Positions 24,256-38,352 of a DNA stretch of 64,000 bases are shown in pieces. Origin of the DNA: Hydrolagus affinis (Eukaryota); the NCBI GenBank assembly GCA_012026655.1, contig JAAILG010000517.1, positions 1 to 64,000 of the forward strand, in the 5' to 3' direction. Position 1 is the stretch's first letter. Each line of letters opens with the position of its first letter. Position numbers and translations under genes: made by a program. The notes under the pieces were generated by a model that did not search any database, was not told the DNA's origin, and was given only the letters and a program-made list of their open reading frames with translations.

Positions 24256-26731
24256 ACTGTGTTTGGTGTGTTTGGGTGGTTGGTGCAGCTTTAAACTCCT
24301 GATCTGCTAATGCTTCCCTTGAGTATTCTTTGCACCTAAAGGAAGCAGATCATCAGCACAGGAGGATGTACTGTACTGTGTTGTAGCAACTGAAGAGTAG
24401 TGATGCGTGGCTACTGAAACAATACTCAGTCTTAAGTCTAATTTAATGGGGGTTGATAATGGTGTAACGTTTAAATAGATATACTGTATTACATTAAAAA
24501 AGTGACTGAGGTGAGGGCCAGAGGATTAAACGCACACCTGGGCCCCAGTTGAGAAATCCACCAAAGATTGCATCATTGCTTTTACAGCAGAATCTTCACT
24601 TGAAATACTGACTTCACGGATATTATAAAAAAATATAGTTTTGCAATTTCCTCGGGTGGATTATGTGATTTTGATGCATGCTATTGAAAGCCCTTGACAT
24701 TGCTGCTTTCAATTGCTGTTCTCAAACAACTGGGCTTGGCTGTAGTCAATTTATTAATAAAAAAAAGCACTCTTGATACCTTCCGACAGATTACATTAAT
24801 TTCCCCTTTTGCACTGGCTCATTATTTGTTTTGTGAACGCATTGTAATAACTAATTCAGTTGGAGCATTTGTTATGCCTGAAAATGTATTGAGAGGAATA
24901 CGTGTTGGAAAGGGATCTAGGTTTAAACAGGAAATAAATAACTCTTTGACTTTTAAACTTGACTGCTGAATACCTCTCCTTGGTGATTTAGTGGTTGAGA
25001 AGTTCCATCACTCTCGCAAATGAACTAAGGCTTCATTGTCAGCTTTGAAATGTTGTATCTCCATTCTGTAGTTGTTACTAACCATTAGTTTAGGCTACAT
25101 GATTTTATAAAGGCATCACTATTCTCTGACATTAAGTTAACAGGGAATTTAAATCTACAGTATTAATCCAGACGTGTTTTGGCATAGCTGATTAAACTGT
25201 ACTTGTATATGCCAATATTGCTGCATACTTGCTGATATTTAATTTAGGTTTTAGTGCAACTTGGGTAAAATGCAGCTCAGTGTTTACCATATATTGCCAA
25301 CATTACCTTCCATCAGCTTCATCAATGGTGTCAAATTAGCTGTGGAAGGTGGAGATGCCGCCCTCACTTTTCCAGCTGAATGAATAGCAATGACACAGAG
25401 ATAAACCGATGTAACATGTACAGATAACTGGAAAGAGCAAAAACATGTTCTGCAAACAGGAAAAAAAGCCACTGCAGACATCCTTGTATCCCCTAAAATA
25501 ATTACTTGACGTTTTGCATGCCTTTATTCCCTCATGAATAACTTTATGGCAAGCAATAACCTGAGCTGATTTTACAGGAAAATCACCTCAGGATGAGAAT
25601 GCACTCTGGGGTAAACTTTGCCTAGGTGCAAGTGTGCTTTATGTGGTTCTGGGACAGTTATAGATTGCAGTCTGACTGTCCACTCAAGCATGTATTCTGC
25701 AAAATGCATTAGCAGCAGCCTGCAAAACCACAAAATAGATGTATTAAGGAAATTTACTTTTAAATTGTTTTTCAGAGTCATAATATAGCAGGTCAGTAAT
25801 CAAATTGTACCTCATAACACAGGCTGTAAAGAATGTGATTAGTGGCGACAGGGAAGACTCCACATTGAATTATTATTTGATGGCTTAGTAACACACACTT
25901 TCACATGATAAGATATGAAAGCACCAAGGTCATTACTATCTGCTAAATTAGCATTTCAGGGACTTGCCTCTCACAGGGTGAATTATGGTACACATCATGT
26001 ACTGAGGTATCTGTGCATCACAGGCAATGCAGATTCAATTATTTATGTACCCCCTGAAGTGGGTCACAAGGTCACTTCCTTATGCTATTCTCAGCACATA
26101 ATCACCAGACTTTCATGTCACCATCCAAAACAGGGTGTAAGATGTGTTTGTTCCAAATCTCTGGAGCTAATTACACCAATAAAAAAGAATGTACTGCATA
26201 TTAATATATACGCTTTATATTTTTGTTAACAACAAATTGACTCAACTGACATATGCAAAGTAGTATTTTTCACTCTTTCATCGAATTGCGTTAGATTGTA
26301 AAGCTTGACTGTATTAGTCAAGTGCATCATATTTACACTATACTCATCATAAGTAATGGGGGAATCAGAGAAATTGAGTGAATAGTTAAAGAAGTGAGAG
26401 AGTGCTGAATATAGAACGGTTTCAATGCCATCAGTGGCAAAGAGATTCCAAACGCCAAGCAGAAGTGATTGACGGGAAACAAAAGCATGGCATTTGGGCC
26501 TATCAAAGCCAGAAAATAGGTATAATCGAATAAGGTCAAGAGATCCACATCTGGGCTAATTTGAAAGCTTTTGAATGTAATTTATGCTCCAGCAGAATTG
26601 CACTGCGTGAAATAAAAGGGTGGAAAATGCGATGTGATAATTATAACCCACGTACTCCTATGTGCGATGAATCCTGTAACTTTTGGACAGCCTGTATTGC
26701 TTGTTCCCTTAGCTGACTTGTTCTGCAGGTC

Positions 26732-26921
26732 AAATAATAATAATAATAATAATAATCCTTGCATTTGATATAGCTCTTGTCTCGCCTTCTAGACGTCTCA
26801 AAGCATTTCACAGAATATACTGTAAACAACAACAAAATTATATTTGTAGAGCACCTTTCACGTTGGGAGGATTGTCGTCCCAAGGTGCTGAGTGAATTGA
26901 CAGTATATTTATGGACGAAAC
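26732..26921 (-). mobile_element. ATT-tailed SINE with (AAT)8 tail, carrying a nested L2 tail
   Basis: The SINE consensus is broken between ...tactgtaaa and gtgaattgac... by about 65 nt of the (TTG)-tailed family. Confidence 0.85.
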
Positions 26922-28589
26922 ACTCTAAAAAAGAAAGGAAATGTGTTACTACACCGGTTCACTGTGACGATAATTCAAGCAAGGGTCATGGACATCGGCA
27001 GCTGAGAGGGGGGCTCATGCCACCACATACCTCCACCCCAGGAATATTTTCACCCACAGCTCCATGGTGGTGGATAACACCCTCCAGTATAAAATGCATT
27101 CACTTAGGGGACGTAGTCTACAACAAATGGAGAGGAAATATACATACAATGCAAATTTATACTTGTATGAGATTGGGAGGACGAAGCAAGGCACTTTAAC
27201 AGTCGTGGCTGGGCAATATAACAATTCATGCATTTTGCACTTATAATATGTGGATTTGGTAAAGCTGCACTTTGAGTAAATACACTATAATCAAGACGAG
27301 AAATAATGTTTTCCAAAGGCCCGATGTTAATAATTTAGAGCAGAATAACCTGAATTAACAAATTAGTACTGCAATATTTTACCATTAGCAAAATTCAATG
27401 CACTGTAAAATGGTTCAAAGCGTTACAATGGAAACAATTGCATATTTGATGCAAAAAGTTTGTTTGGGGGGAAATTATAAAGTTGGTAAGACACTGTAAG
27501 ACATGAAAGTAAAGGGAGGTTAGGATTTATTTTGCCAAAGTAAATGGTCATATATTACTCTTCTGATGCCTATTAAACCGTCAAACAGACAAGGATTTGG
27601 CAGCCCAAGTAAGAATGGTCTGGATTTGGCAGCAGTCTGCAAGCACAGCTGTCTCACTGCTGGGTGTTGGTATTTTGGCGTTTGGCAGCAAAGCACATAA
27701 TAATCCTTGCATGTGTAAAGAATAGCAGTTTTATAGCAACCATTTATTTGACATAAACTTGAAAGTAAAATTCACATAATATGGTAATGTATTATGATTA
27801 CTCTGGAGTACATAACACTATGGCCATAGGGCTTTACACAGTTATTGCAAAGTTAGTGTTTGTTTCTCATAAGACGCTTACTTATGTAAGTTTATATTTA
27901 TATATTTTTTGAAAAACTGCCATCCCAGCTCAACTGTTAACCTGCCTTACTGGTCTGCTTATTTCCATTAGATAATTAGACTATTGGGCTTTTGCTTTCA
28001 CACCCCGACAGAATTAAAGCGATGGTTAACGAAACAGAATCAATACTACCCTTTCCATCAAATAGCACCATCCTTTCATTTCCTTAAAAAGCTTGAGGAA
28101 TTATTTTTATTTGGGTATGAAAGCATTATTTTGGGCCCAGTCGTGCTGCTCTAAATTCCAAAGGCATTCTGATCTCTGAGTAATTACTGCTATGTTCCTA
28201 CTTAAAACCTAAACTGTTATCTGTATAACATCGGTTATTAGTGTAACATGCCATAAATTGGAGACGTGCCAGTTTAACAACAGGCACATTAACTCCCCAA
28301 TAACAAGAAAAGAACAGTTGATCCTGGTCAGATCAGTTAGTAGTACCTTCCATTTTGTTGGTGGTGTAGCAGTGTCTTTGTGAGATGAATGTTTCTTTAT
28401 CTAGTATTTGAGAGCATCAAGAATTTGGCAAATTGTTGAATCCAGCCTTAATATTTGAAATCTATTTTTATATAGTGCTTCACAGAATTTAGAAAAAAAG
28501 GACTATTTCAGAATGCTCCAAATTCTGGATGTTCTAAATATTACATATAGTAAATATAGTAGTAAATATAATAGTAATAGTAACCAAAT

Positions 28590-28702
28590 GCAACAATAAT
28601 CTGTGCATTTGATATAGCATCTTATCAAGTCTTTGAGACATCTCAAAACCCTTTACAGAATATACTATAAAGTGAATTGACTGTATATTTTGTGGGTGAA
28701 AT
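28590..28702 (-). mobile_element. 5'-truncated ATT-tailed SINE
   Basis: aataatctgtgcatttgatatagc...cagaatatactataaagtgaattgactgtatattttgtgggtgaaa. Confidence 0.8.
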
Positions 28703-30214
28703 CGAGATGCATTTGGAATTTCTCAGCAATAGTTGGGGCAGAGTAGAGAAATCATCACTCTGATGGATTTAGCTCAGTTCATTGGAGGGATAAAGAGCTA
28801 TACAACAGATTGACACTCCAGCCAACTAGCAGAACAAGCTTTTAGCAGTAAAACCTGACTTATGGCCTTATAAAGTATATTTTTATCACGGATAATTCAA
28901 TTCCTCTTTATTGATAAACCTTGCTGCGTGTTACTGCACGTGTCAGAAGATAATAATTGTAGTTTTTGTTTGTGAAACATCTCAGTTAGTTATTTGTGCT
29001 TGCCTATCAGTAATGAATTGCTGGCTATTAAACAAATGTTAATTATGTAAATGTGGTGAGGCCTATCCACCAGACCTTTGTCTGCTGTTAAATTAAAAAG
29101 TTATTACTGTTCGGAAAGTTATTTTACAGTTGAACCAAAACTCTGCTGTGTTGCTGCTGCAAAAGTGACCATTGTTCACCGTGACTATTTCAGTAGCAAA
29201 ACAGCTATTCAAACATTCACTTATAAAACAAAGTATGATACAAAGCAGCATTTCTGATAAAGAAGAGAAAGGACAAAGTGTTTAAATAATCACACATTGG
29301 TTGAAGGTAAAACAATTCTGAGGTTTGGCTGGAAACCAAGGATCGCAATACAATAATTATCATATTTATTGTCGCACTTTCATTCAATGAGTTTTAAAAC
29401 TGTTAATGTGAGCAAATCATCTGCAATGACACAATGTACAGGACAAATTATCAAAGGGTGACATTGAAATTCTGGTGAGGAAATCTTTAAGCACGTTATG
29501 CGATGAAGTGTCTTTAACAGCACGCTCTCCATGAAAACTTTTATACACATGCAGAGGTGAACTTGAACTGTAAATATGCTAAATAGGGTAATAGCATACT
29601 TTGGTCAGCACATTATTGGGGGTAATTCAGCATGAAGTAAAGCCCAAGCAGAAGGCCAATGGGAAAGGGGGCGGGTGGGGGGGTGGAGATTTGGAGGGAG
29701 ACAATGATTGCCTCACCAAATTAATTTTGCCAATGAGCTAATGGAAACTCCATTGATACTGGAGTCATTTCTCACAGATTTTTGGTGCCAGCAGCAATTA
29801 AGAAAAATACTAAGCGACTGACCGAGGAAATCTGAACTGTGGAAAATGTAGGTGAAAAATCAAAGCATTTTCATTCGACTGATCCAATGTTGGATTGGAA
29901 TAATTCTTTTTTGAGAAATTGTTTTCACGTTCACACTTTTCACACTTGCAGCATATTTATTACGCCAGAATACTTTATTTCTCTGCACAATGCACATCCA
30001 GTAAGTACATTTCTAAAATTGTTAGGCTATGTATTTTCTTTATTTCACAATCAATATACATCTTTCTGCACATGTCATATGGATTTAATTCATCACTTGT
30101 CCACCGAATAACATGCATTCACAGACAGGCATATTTCAATCCCTAACAGTAACTCAATAGTCAGCCTATCACTTCACTTGTAAAAAGTTCTAAAACTGAG
30201 GATTTGGTTTTAAA

Positions 30215-30292
30215 ATTAGGAGCAAATAGGGAATTCGGAATTCATGTATTTCATATTAAAGGGTTGTGGACATATGGAATAAATTACCAGCC
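30215..30292 (+). mobile_element. CR1 ORF2 3' fragment (degenerate)
   Basis: agggttgtggacatatggaataaattacca encodes RVVDIWNKLP. Confidence 0.5.
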
Positions 30293-30610
30293 TAACATTT
30301 TACCTAAGAGTGGTTTCTCTTGAGTTCAACGATGACCCAACCAGTAAATTGAGAACAGAGTTGGGTCAACTATTTGTGGTGGGCCTGGAGTTTTTGTACC
30401 TGAGTCAAGCGGGTAGACTGATCAATCAACAATATCGATTGATCAGCCTACCTGGCTTGTCAAAGACTTTGGATCAAGTAGACAAGTTTCTGCGCTTGGG
30501 ATTCTGGTGACATTTTGTAGTGTGCTTATATTCATCAAACTTTCACTATCCAATCTTATTCTGTTGTCTGTGACTTTTGGAACAGTGTAATAGTTCTGTA
30601 GTCCAATGTA

Positions 30611-30920
30611 GAGTCCTATAGCTCAACGGTTAGAGCATTTGCCTTACAAGTAAGAGACCTGGGTTCAGTTCCAGGCAGTGAAACCTTGGGCAAGTTTCCT
30701 TATTCCACATGCCTGATAATAATCCCTCAAAGAAAACACTAATAAATTGGTCATTTCAATCCACAATTGTTTGTGGGACACTGCTATGCGCAATTGGCTG
30801 CCACATTTCGCCTACAAATATACAGTCAATTCACTTTACATTATACTCTGTGAAGCGTTTTGAGGCGCCTGAAGATGTGAAAAGTGCTATATCAAATACA
30901 AGGATTATTATTATTAATAA
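30611..30920 (+). mobile_element. Full-length short tRNA-derived SINE (about 310 bp)
   Basis: A box TAGCTCAACGG (30619-30629), B box GGTTCAGTTCC (30662-30672), ccttgggcaagt block, shared 3' body, (ATT)n tail. Confidence 0.92.
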
Positions 30921-33900
30921 TAGTTACATTCATATTTTGTTGTTGTCTTTTGTAACAATACATCATCAATGAGCTCAAACACAAGTGATAATTTGATGCA
31001 ATCAGACTTAATCAGAATGCCTTAACGATGCAGGCCATCTATTGAGGAGAGCACTAGTCTTTTCAGTCTAGACTTGCGGAAGAGTCAGACAGATAAATAT
31101 TTCCTTGTTGAATTGAAGGTGTGCGTCCTACTGAGAGATCTACAAGCAGGAGAGGTCTACAAGCTGCTTTGTGCTGGTAACATTTATTGACACAAAGGTT
31201 TGCTTGAGAAGAGCTTTCAGTGTTCAGAGTGGTGTGGCCTCTCTTTTTCATCTGACTAAAATAGTTCTTTCGAAATTCCAGTATCTACTACCCTTCACCG
31301 CTCGCTTTGTTTTCAGGAGATCAGTTGAACAGATAAATGTCTGCCATAAATTTCTTCTCAATGGGATAATGTTCAGCCTTTCATAATCCCCATCACAACT
31401 TTCATTACAGCTGAACACTAGTAATTGAAGGAGTCTATTAAGTAAGGTTGCTGATAATACTTTCACAAGCCAGTTCAGACAATGCACTGGGGATGAATGA
31501 CTGCAGAATGATAGTTGAGTGACGCACTGCAGGCAAAACATTATGAATCATGACCATTTGTGCACTTATCTAGCGGTAGACATAAATGTTTTTTTTCTTT
31601 GAAAGAAACAAACATGCTGGTTTGTCCATAATGACTTTCAAAATGAAGTACATTTAAATGCTTTGAACATATACTAAATGTACGTTTCAAATTAATTGAT
31701 ACTTTTAGAATATTAGATATGAGAAAACCAACATCTAACTCCCCCCAAGAAGTACTGCAAATTCGACCCACCACCCAAACCCGCATCCCATGATCTTCCA
31801 TGTCTATCAATTTTTAATATTTACTTTGGAAACAACGCTGGAAGTTTATTCAGTGTAACCTGTAAATGCCCCCTTGTTTGCCCAGTTGGTAAAGCCAATT
31901 CCTGTAGTGAAACAGTCACACAGCTCAGCTGATGACAGTCCCAGGGTCGATGTACGTTTTGTGCTAAGTTTGCTGAACTTGGCTAGGATACCATTGGGAG
32001 TGCTTCAACAAGCAGCCATCAGGTGAAGGTCATTCATGTAATCATAATGTGAAGGTATTGGCCTCCAGAGTGATACCCCAACAGTGAATAGTGTGAAATC
32101 AAGCACTCCAGATCGCTATCCCACGTGAAGGGCACTTTATAAATGCAAGTTGTTTGTTTGTTTGTGTTTAATAAGCTGCGGCAAAAATAAGTGGCAATAA
32201 ATGGACAAGGTACAAAGGACACCTGGTTCCTGCGGAATGAGTAGGCAGAGACGAAGATGTAAAAGCTCCTCCACTCCCTTTCGACTTGTGTACAATACCC
32301 AGTTGAGGATGCTCCTGAAAGTCTAAAATTTGCTTCATTCAGGGTGTGAGAGTCTTAAGCTTCACCAAGCCCAGAGCTGATCATTTGTGAACACTGTGTC
32401 GTGATCATTCTGTCGGCTTGTGCTATGCTTACTTTGAAGGGGGAGATGTAAAGTCACCTTCAAGGTGGAACTTCTATTGTGTGAATGGTATCACAGAATT
32501 TATTTACAGTATCACGGTAATAAAAATAAGATTAAAAATGGAAAGTGATTGAAAGTTGCTCTAGTGTATAAGCAAGTACTTCAACTTACCATTAGAAATG
32601 TACATTTTATTTGTGATTTTTTGGAACAATTCTGTTTTTTTGTAACAAGTAATAATGTCTGTAAGATAGGACATTCTTAAAGTTCATATTAGGGCAGAGA
32701 TAAATTGCAACTTCCACACTTACCCAGGCTATTTATATTCCTGCAGTATTTCCCACCTTTTTTTTCTTTCTATAACGTAATACAAAATATGACAGCTAGA
32801 CAAATACTTTCCACGAAGTGGCATTAAATCTTATTAGAGGTTGTCAGACAATAGTACATGCAAACTTGGTATTTCTCCACACACAGTAGTAATATAGCAA
32901 TCCTGTTTACCACATTCCTGATGAAAGTAAGCATCGATATGTGCATGCTTAATTTCTTCTTTTGTCATGTAAAGGCAAATCTTTTGTTACTGTAGATCTT
33001 TATTGTGCGCATGAAAGGGCAGCAGAGTGAACAGTGAGGTGCCTTCTATCATTTTTTTGTAGCTTCCGCACAGTTCTATACTGTATTTGCCTAGCTGATG
33101 AACAGCTTGGGACGTCCTTCCGACCTGAAAGGTGCTCTAAAAAATGTAATTTTGTTGTTGAGATGCTACCCTATGTGAGGGCCGCTATATAAATGAACGT
33201 CATTGTTGTAATTATTTTTGGCTATTTGATGATGATTCATCAAGACTTAGAGGATACCTGTCACAAAGGTGTGGCAGGATCAATTGTGTTTTGAACAAGT
33301 CATAAATAATTCTCTGGTCTTGTTTCTTTTACTTTTTAACCATTAGATATTTTTCAAAGGACGTGCGAATAGCATCAGTAAGTCTTTGTTGCTCAGATTT
33401 TCTTTCTGCATCGTATCAAAGAAACGCTGTGCCCCCTCCACACAACAACCACAAAGGAACATCATCACTTCCTACAGCAGTATACATTTTCCATTTCCTC
33501 CATCAGTTACCACCTTTGAAGGAGATTGCCATAGCAATGAGAATTTGTGCTCATTGGGTTGAATTTCAGGCAGTTACTTGCTTAATCCATTATTTTTTGC
33601 TATGTTTTGGGGGTAACGGCACAATGATTGAAACACGTTGATGTACATATAAAAAAAATCTTGGGTCACTAAGAATGATATTGGATGCATACTTCTAACA
33701 TATAAGCAATAGGTCTTTCGAAGAACTCTCATTCTTTAAATTACCTTGAACATCACTTTCATTCTTCGCTGCCTCTGCTGGAAGCTGGAGGATTTATGTT
33801 ATGAGTCTACACATCTGTTCATCCATGAACGTGAACTTGTTAGCTCAACAACTTAAAACTGCTTCATTAAATTTTAACTGGACTGATAATTGACTTTCTC

Positions 33901-36900
33901 TTGTCAGCCATTGGGGTTGCATTCAAAATCAAGTGTGTGCGTAAGAGAGATTCACTGATTGACTCTTAAAATAAGCACTCCAAGAGATTGAATATATTTC
34001 CACTGACCTTTGTAAGTTGACTTTCTTTCAGAAGACCTTTCCATTTATATGACATACAATATATTTATGATGGACACACAAGGAACAGAAAATGCATGAA
34101 TTTGTGAATATGTCTACAAGGACTTATTTACAAGCTCTATTAGCGTGGAGCACTTAACTGCAAACTATGAAGTCATCTGCAGTCTCAATATTTTATGTTT
34201 GAATACATTTTGAATTTCACCTCAACTTCATGAATGACAGTGGCTTCCTCCCTGACCTGGGACATCTGCAAAATATGGGTACAGCAACAGATGTGTCCAT
34301 ATGCTCTGGGTTTTCAACTCAGCAACTGAAAATAATACTTTATTTGAAAACAATTTCATTTGGCTTTGGGAATTGCTTTGAATCAGACACTGGGTTGAAT
34401 TTGGAATTCTACAAGGTTGGCAATTAGCCAAGGATCTGCTTTCCAAAAACAGACAGGGACTTTATTCTGAAGACTTATTATTTCTACGTTGCCATGTACC
34501 ACATTGTTCCCCTGTTGTGGAATGTCTCTGATGACAGAAGGACACTCGTCTCCCACTTGGAGGGGAAGACTGAATTCATTTTCTTGAAGCACGAAGCGAT
34601 TTTTATAAAAGAAATACTCGTTTGAGTTCTTTCTTTTCTTGAAGCTTAATTCCTTCCCTTTGCTCCTCTCCCCGTCCTCTCTGTCCTGAAGGAGCTCACT
34701 CCTGCTGGGACACATTCTCATTGATGCCAGCAGCTCTTCAGTACTTGACCCAGATGAGAGAGCACTCTTCGTGTGTATGCCCAGACAGTGAGTGTCAGCA
34801 TCCTGTAGAGCACTGTAGCCGTCCAATAGCTTACACATTCGCCACTGCCAGCAGGGTTACTGGATAGTGAAACAAAAGTGGGTATCGCGGCTGATTTTCT
34901 CCCCTTCCGAAGACTGCTGATACCAATTATAATCTCCTAACTGCCATTCTGGCTGAGATTGGCTGGCTCAGAAATTGACCGTAAAGATATTCGGAAGCGA
35001 GCAGTTGTACTTAAGTACGCTGAAGTGCACTTCGTCTCAGCATTGCACATTCATTGTACTGCACTGCTCGTTTTAAAATGTAGGGTTTTCTTTTTTTTTA
35101 AAATGTATTAAGCCACAAGACAAAAAGTATAGTTTCTTTGCAATTCCAGTTGAGTCGTTTTGAATTATCCTTTGATAGACAAGCAATTAAACTGGCAGAA
35201 TAAGATGGCGGTAGTAATACCTAGGAACCTGGAAACATTACAGACATACACATGTGGTTTCAGTCACTTAATTGCGCACAAGACCTCCAGGTTTGAAGCT
35301 TGAATCCAGTCTTGTCTGGTTTGTTTGTAAACCTGGTCACAGTTTCCCAAGTATGAGTTTTTCCGGCCATGGTTGTATTATTTTTGGAAAGGTAGGAATC
35401 CCTACAATCGCCCCTCCCAGTGAACGATCTTAGTCACAGCGCTGACACCTGACACCATTGGTCACAGCAGGGAGAGAGACGAACCACAGTAAATTGAATT
35501 GATCCATCTCCAGCTCAGCAGCAGTATTTTACCTTCTCCTCAGTGGGAAAGATGGACAATAGCCCAGTGGCATGCATAAGCTCACTTTGAGTGGCGCCCT
35601 GTCATTGAGCTGCTATACTGTATTATGTCATTTCCACTTGCTAAGCAGCCAAAGTCAAATCAAACCAATGTGCAGGGCCATGGAATGGATTGCAAAGTAG
35701 CATTTGGAAGTTCGTAAAGGATATTTAAAATAGGTCTTAGAAAGTGATGAATAAAATACAAAGTTACATTCACATAACTCCTCTTATGTCAGGAAGATCT
35801 TGCAAAGCGCTTGATGCCATTTAACTATTGGAAGGTTGCATAGCTATTCACATTCTTCTACTCAATGCTTTGTTCCCATGAGGCCAGTCTCACCTTGAAA
35901 TCATACCAAAGGACATTGGGATTATGGTTCATATATTCATTCATATTGCTCCAAGCAATAAAGGTGTTTTGTAAATTGCGCAGCAGAACAAGAGCCTAAT
36001 ATGAAAAATGATACCCGAATATTAATTTTGGCTTCCAGCTGCAAGAAACTGAACAGAAATAATTTCTTTGAAAAATGTTTGCTGGAAAACAAATTTAATT
36101 GGAACGAGATTGCTGTTATTTTCGGTTCCTTCTGGAAGCCAGGGTGCCATTTGATTGTCCTTAACTGGATTTCCCAAATGTTTGTGTGACATTTTGGAAT
36201 TGCTACATTGCCTTGTAAAATTCCCCAATCTACAGACGGTTTAGTGCCCCTACAGTAAATCAACTTGCAAAGGGAATTGGAAAGAGCAAACTGTGCATTT
36301 GTTGAAGCTGCCTCCTCATTGATTCTTCAGATGGTATGGCAGCTTTACCATTTTCACACCAGTATAGCAAAATTCATAGTACACCATTCATCACACGAAT
36401 GTTGGAATCACCATATCCCATCAATAAAATCTCATGGAACAGAAGGAGGCCATTCAGCCCATCGTGAAAGAGTAGTTTCCACATCCCTGCTCTTATGGAA
36501 TCATTGTATTAGATTTTACCTTCATGTAATCTATTGGAATAATGGGGAATAATGAAAAACACAGAGAATCTAAACTGTGGTATTTCATAACCTGTAGATT
36601 CAGCGGTTACATTTAAAAGTGAACTGCCTTAGAAAACAAAAAAAAAGTATAGAGGAGAAAACAATGAAAAGAAAAGAATTATGCAACAAGAGAGGCTGGA
36701 CAGTAAAATAAGGAAAATAAGTTTATATGTATGAAACAAAGAAAAATAGTAAAATAAAAAGTTGAAAGATGTCTAAATAATAATCTCCCTCCTTTTATTG
36801 CAGCCACTAAAACGTTTCAGTGGACACATGACAACTTTATTGGACTTTATAAAATGATTATGCCATTATGTAGCTAACAATAACTAATGTGTACAAGATG

Positions 36901-38257
36901 TGCTCGTACCGTTAATATAGAATAACTGAGGTTACCCAGAGTAAATTAATTAGAATGGGAGAAGTTCCAAACAGACATCTGTTATGAGTTGGACTGCGTG
37001 CCTCAGATCAGCTACACGGAAAGCATTATAGAAGATTTAAAAAAAAATCCCAAAATTGTTACCAAAACACAAGTACGAGTCGCAGATTAGGCAGTTCAGA
37101 TGCCATTTTAAACTGAGAGTGAAGTTTGAGCAGTTTTATCAGTGCCATCTGAACCCTGAGGTTAGTTACTACTGTCAAATACATATTCTGGCACTTTTTT
37201 CCCCCCATCCATTGTAATAAACGCAAAACAAAAACCACAAGGACAAATTCCAAAATGAAGCAGTTAATCAAGTTGAACACTAAACAAAGTCATCAGTTCA
37301 CAATATGTGTTAAACGAAACATGTTTAAACATAACTTATGTTTCTCGTTGCTGGATGTGTTATAGGCTTTGTGAAACTGAGAGCATAGCTTTCTTTTTAA
37401 GTCGTTGAGTGCGTTGTTTCCACTTGTTACTTTTAAGAATGGCAAGGTTGTCTACTCTGTAAGATGATTTCTAAGGAGGAGTGATGGAAAAGAGGGAAGG
37501 GTGTCAGAGAAGTAACTGTACAACATTGTTTTCAATTTGTGTTGTGTAACTTCCTGGATATAACTTGTCAGGTGAAACTCAAGCTTAACAGGTAGAATGC
37601 TGAGATCTGTTTGGGATAGTGGAAGATAGTAAGGTGGTAGGCATGTTGGATGTAATTTTTCCCAGTGAATGAATGGGGACAGGATTCTATGCCTAAGTGT
37701 GTATTTTTGTTGCGTGTTTTGGTATATTAAGGTGAATCACAGATATTATCACATTTATTATCACAGATATTATAGTTTTAACAGTCAACTGGTGCTCTTT
37801 TCGGGTGTGTTTTGATCCTGAAAACATAAGATTTATTTCCTGCTTTAAACTGCTATTAAGCGATGAAAATGGAGTTCCTCCACAGTACAGGCACTATACT
37901 TCATCAGGAGTCTGTGAAGCTTTTGAGATGTCTTCCTAAAGTGAAAGGCGCTGTATCAAATGCCAGTTTCATTACTTACAGTTAAAAGGAGGGTTTATTG
38001 CCACAAGAATTTGATCTCGTCAAATCGATCTTAACCAAATCAAATTTAATTTATTCAATTAAACTGAAAGTTAAATTTAAGCATTGCTGTGTGTGGGAGA
38101 TGGGTGTGCACCAAATGTGCTACCAGGTTCACCCAAAAAATACACAGTTACACAAAATCCTATGAAGACCTTTGAAATGTTTTGATATTTTTTATATTGC
38201 TGGTGTTTTCTATCAGAGCAGTAGGTATTGACCAATACAATACAGTATAAGATTCAG

Positions 38258-38352
38258 ATTCAATTCACTTTGCAGTATATTCTGTAAAGCGCTTTGAGAT
38301 GTCTCAAAGACTTGATGGGTGCAATATCAAATGCAAGGATTATTATTATTTA
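38258..38352 (+). mobile_element. SINE 3' fragment
   Basis: tcaattcactttgcagtatattctgtaaagcgctttgagatgtc...aatgcaaggattattattatt. Confidence 0.8.

Noticed and set aside
26777-27199. 140-aa ORF
   Set aside because: Begins inside nested SINE/L2 fragments; no recognisable domain or splice context.
30611-30680. Possible tRNA genes (also 51358 and 22038)
   Set aside because: A/B boxes run into SINE bodies and no intact cloverleaf is evident; these are SINE heads.
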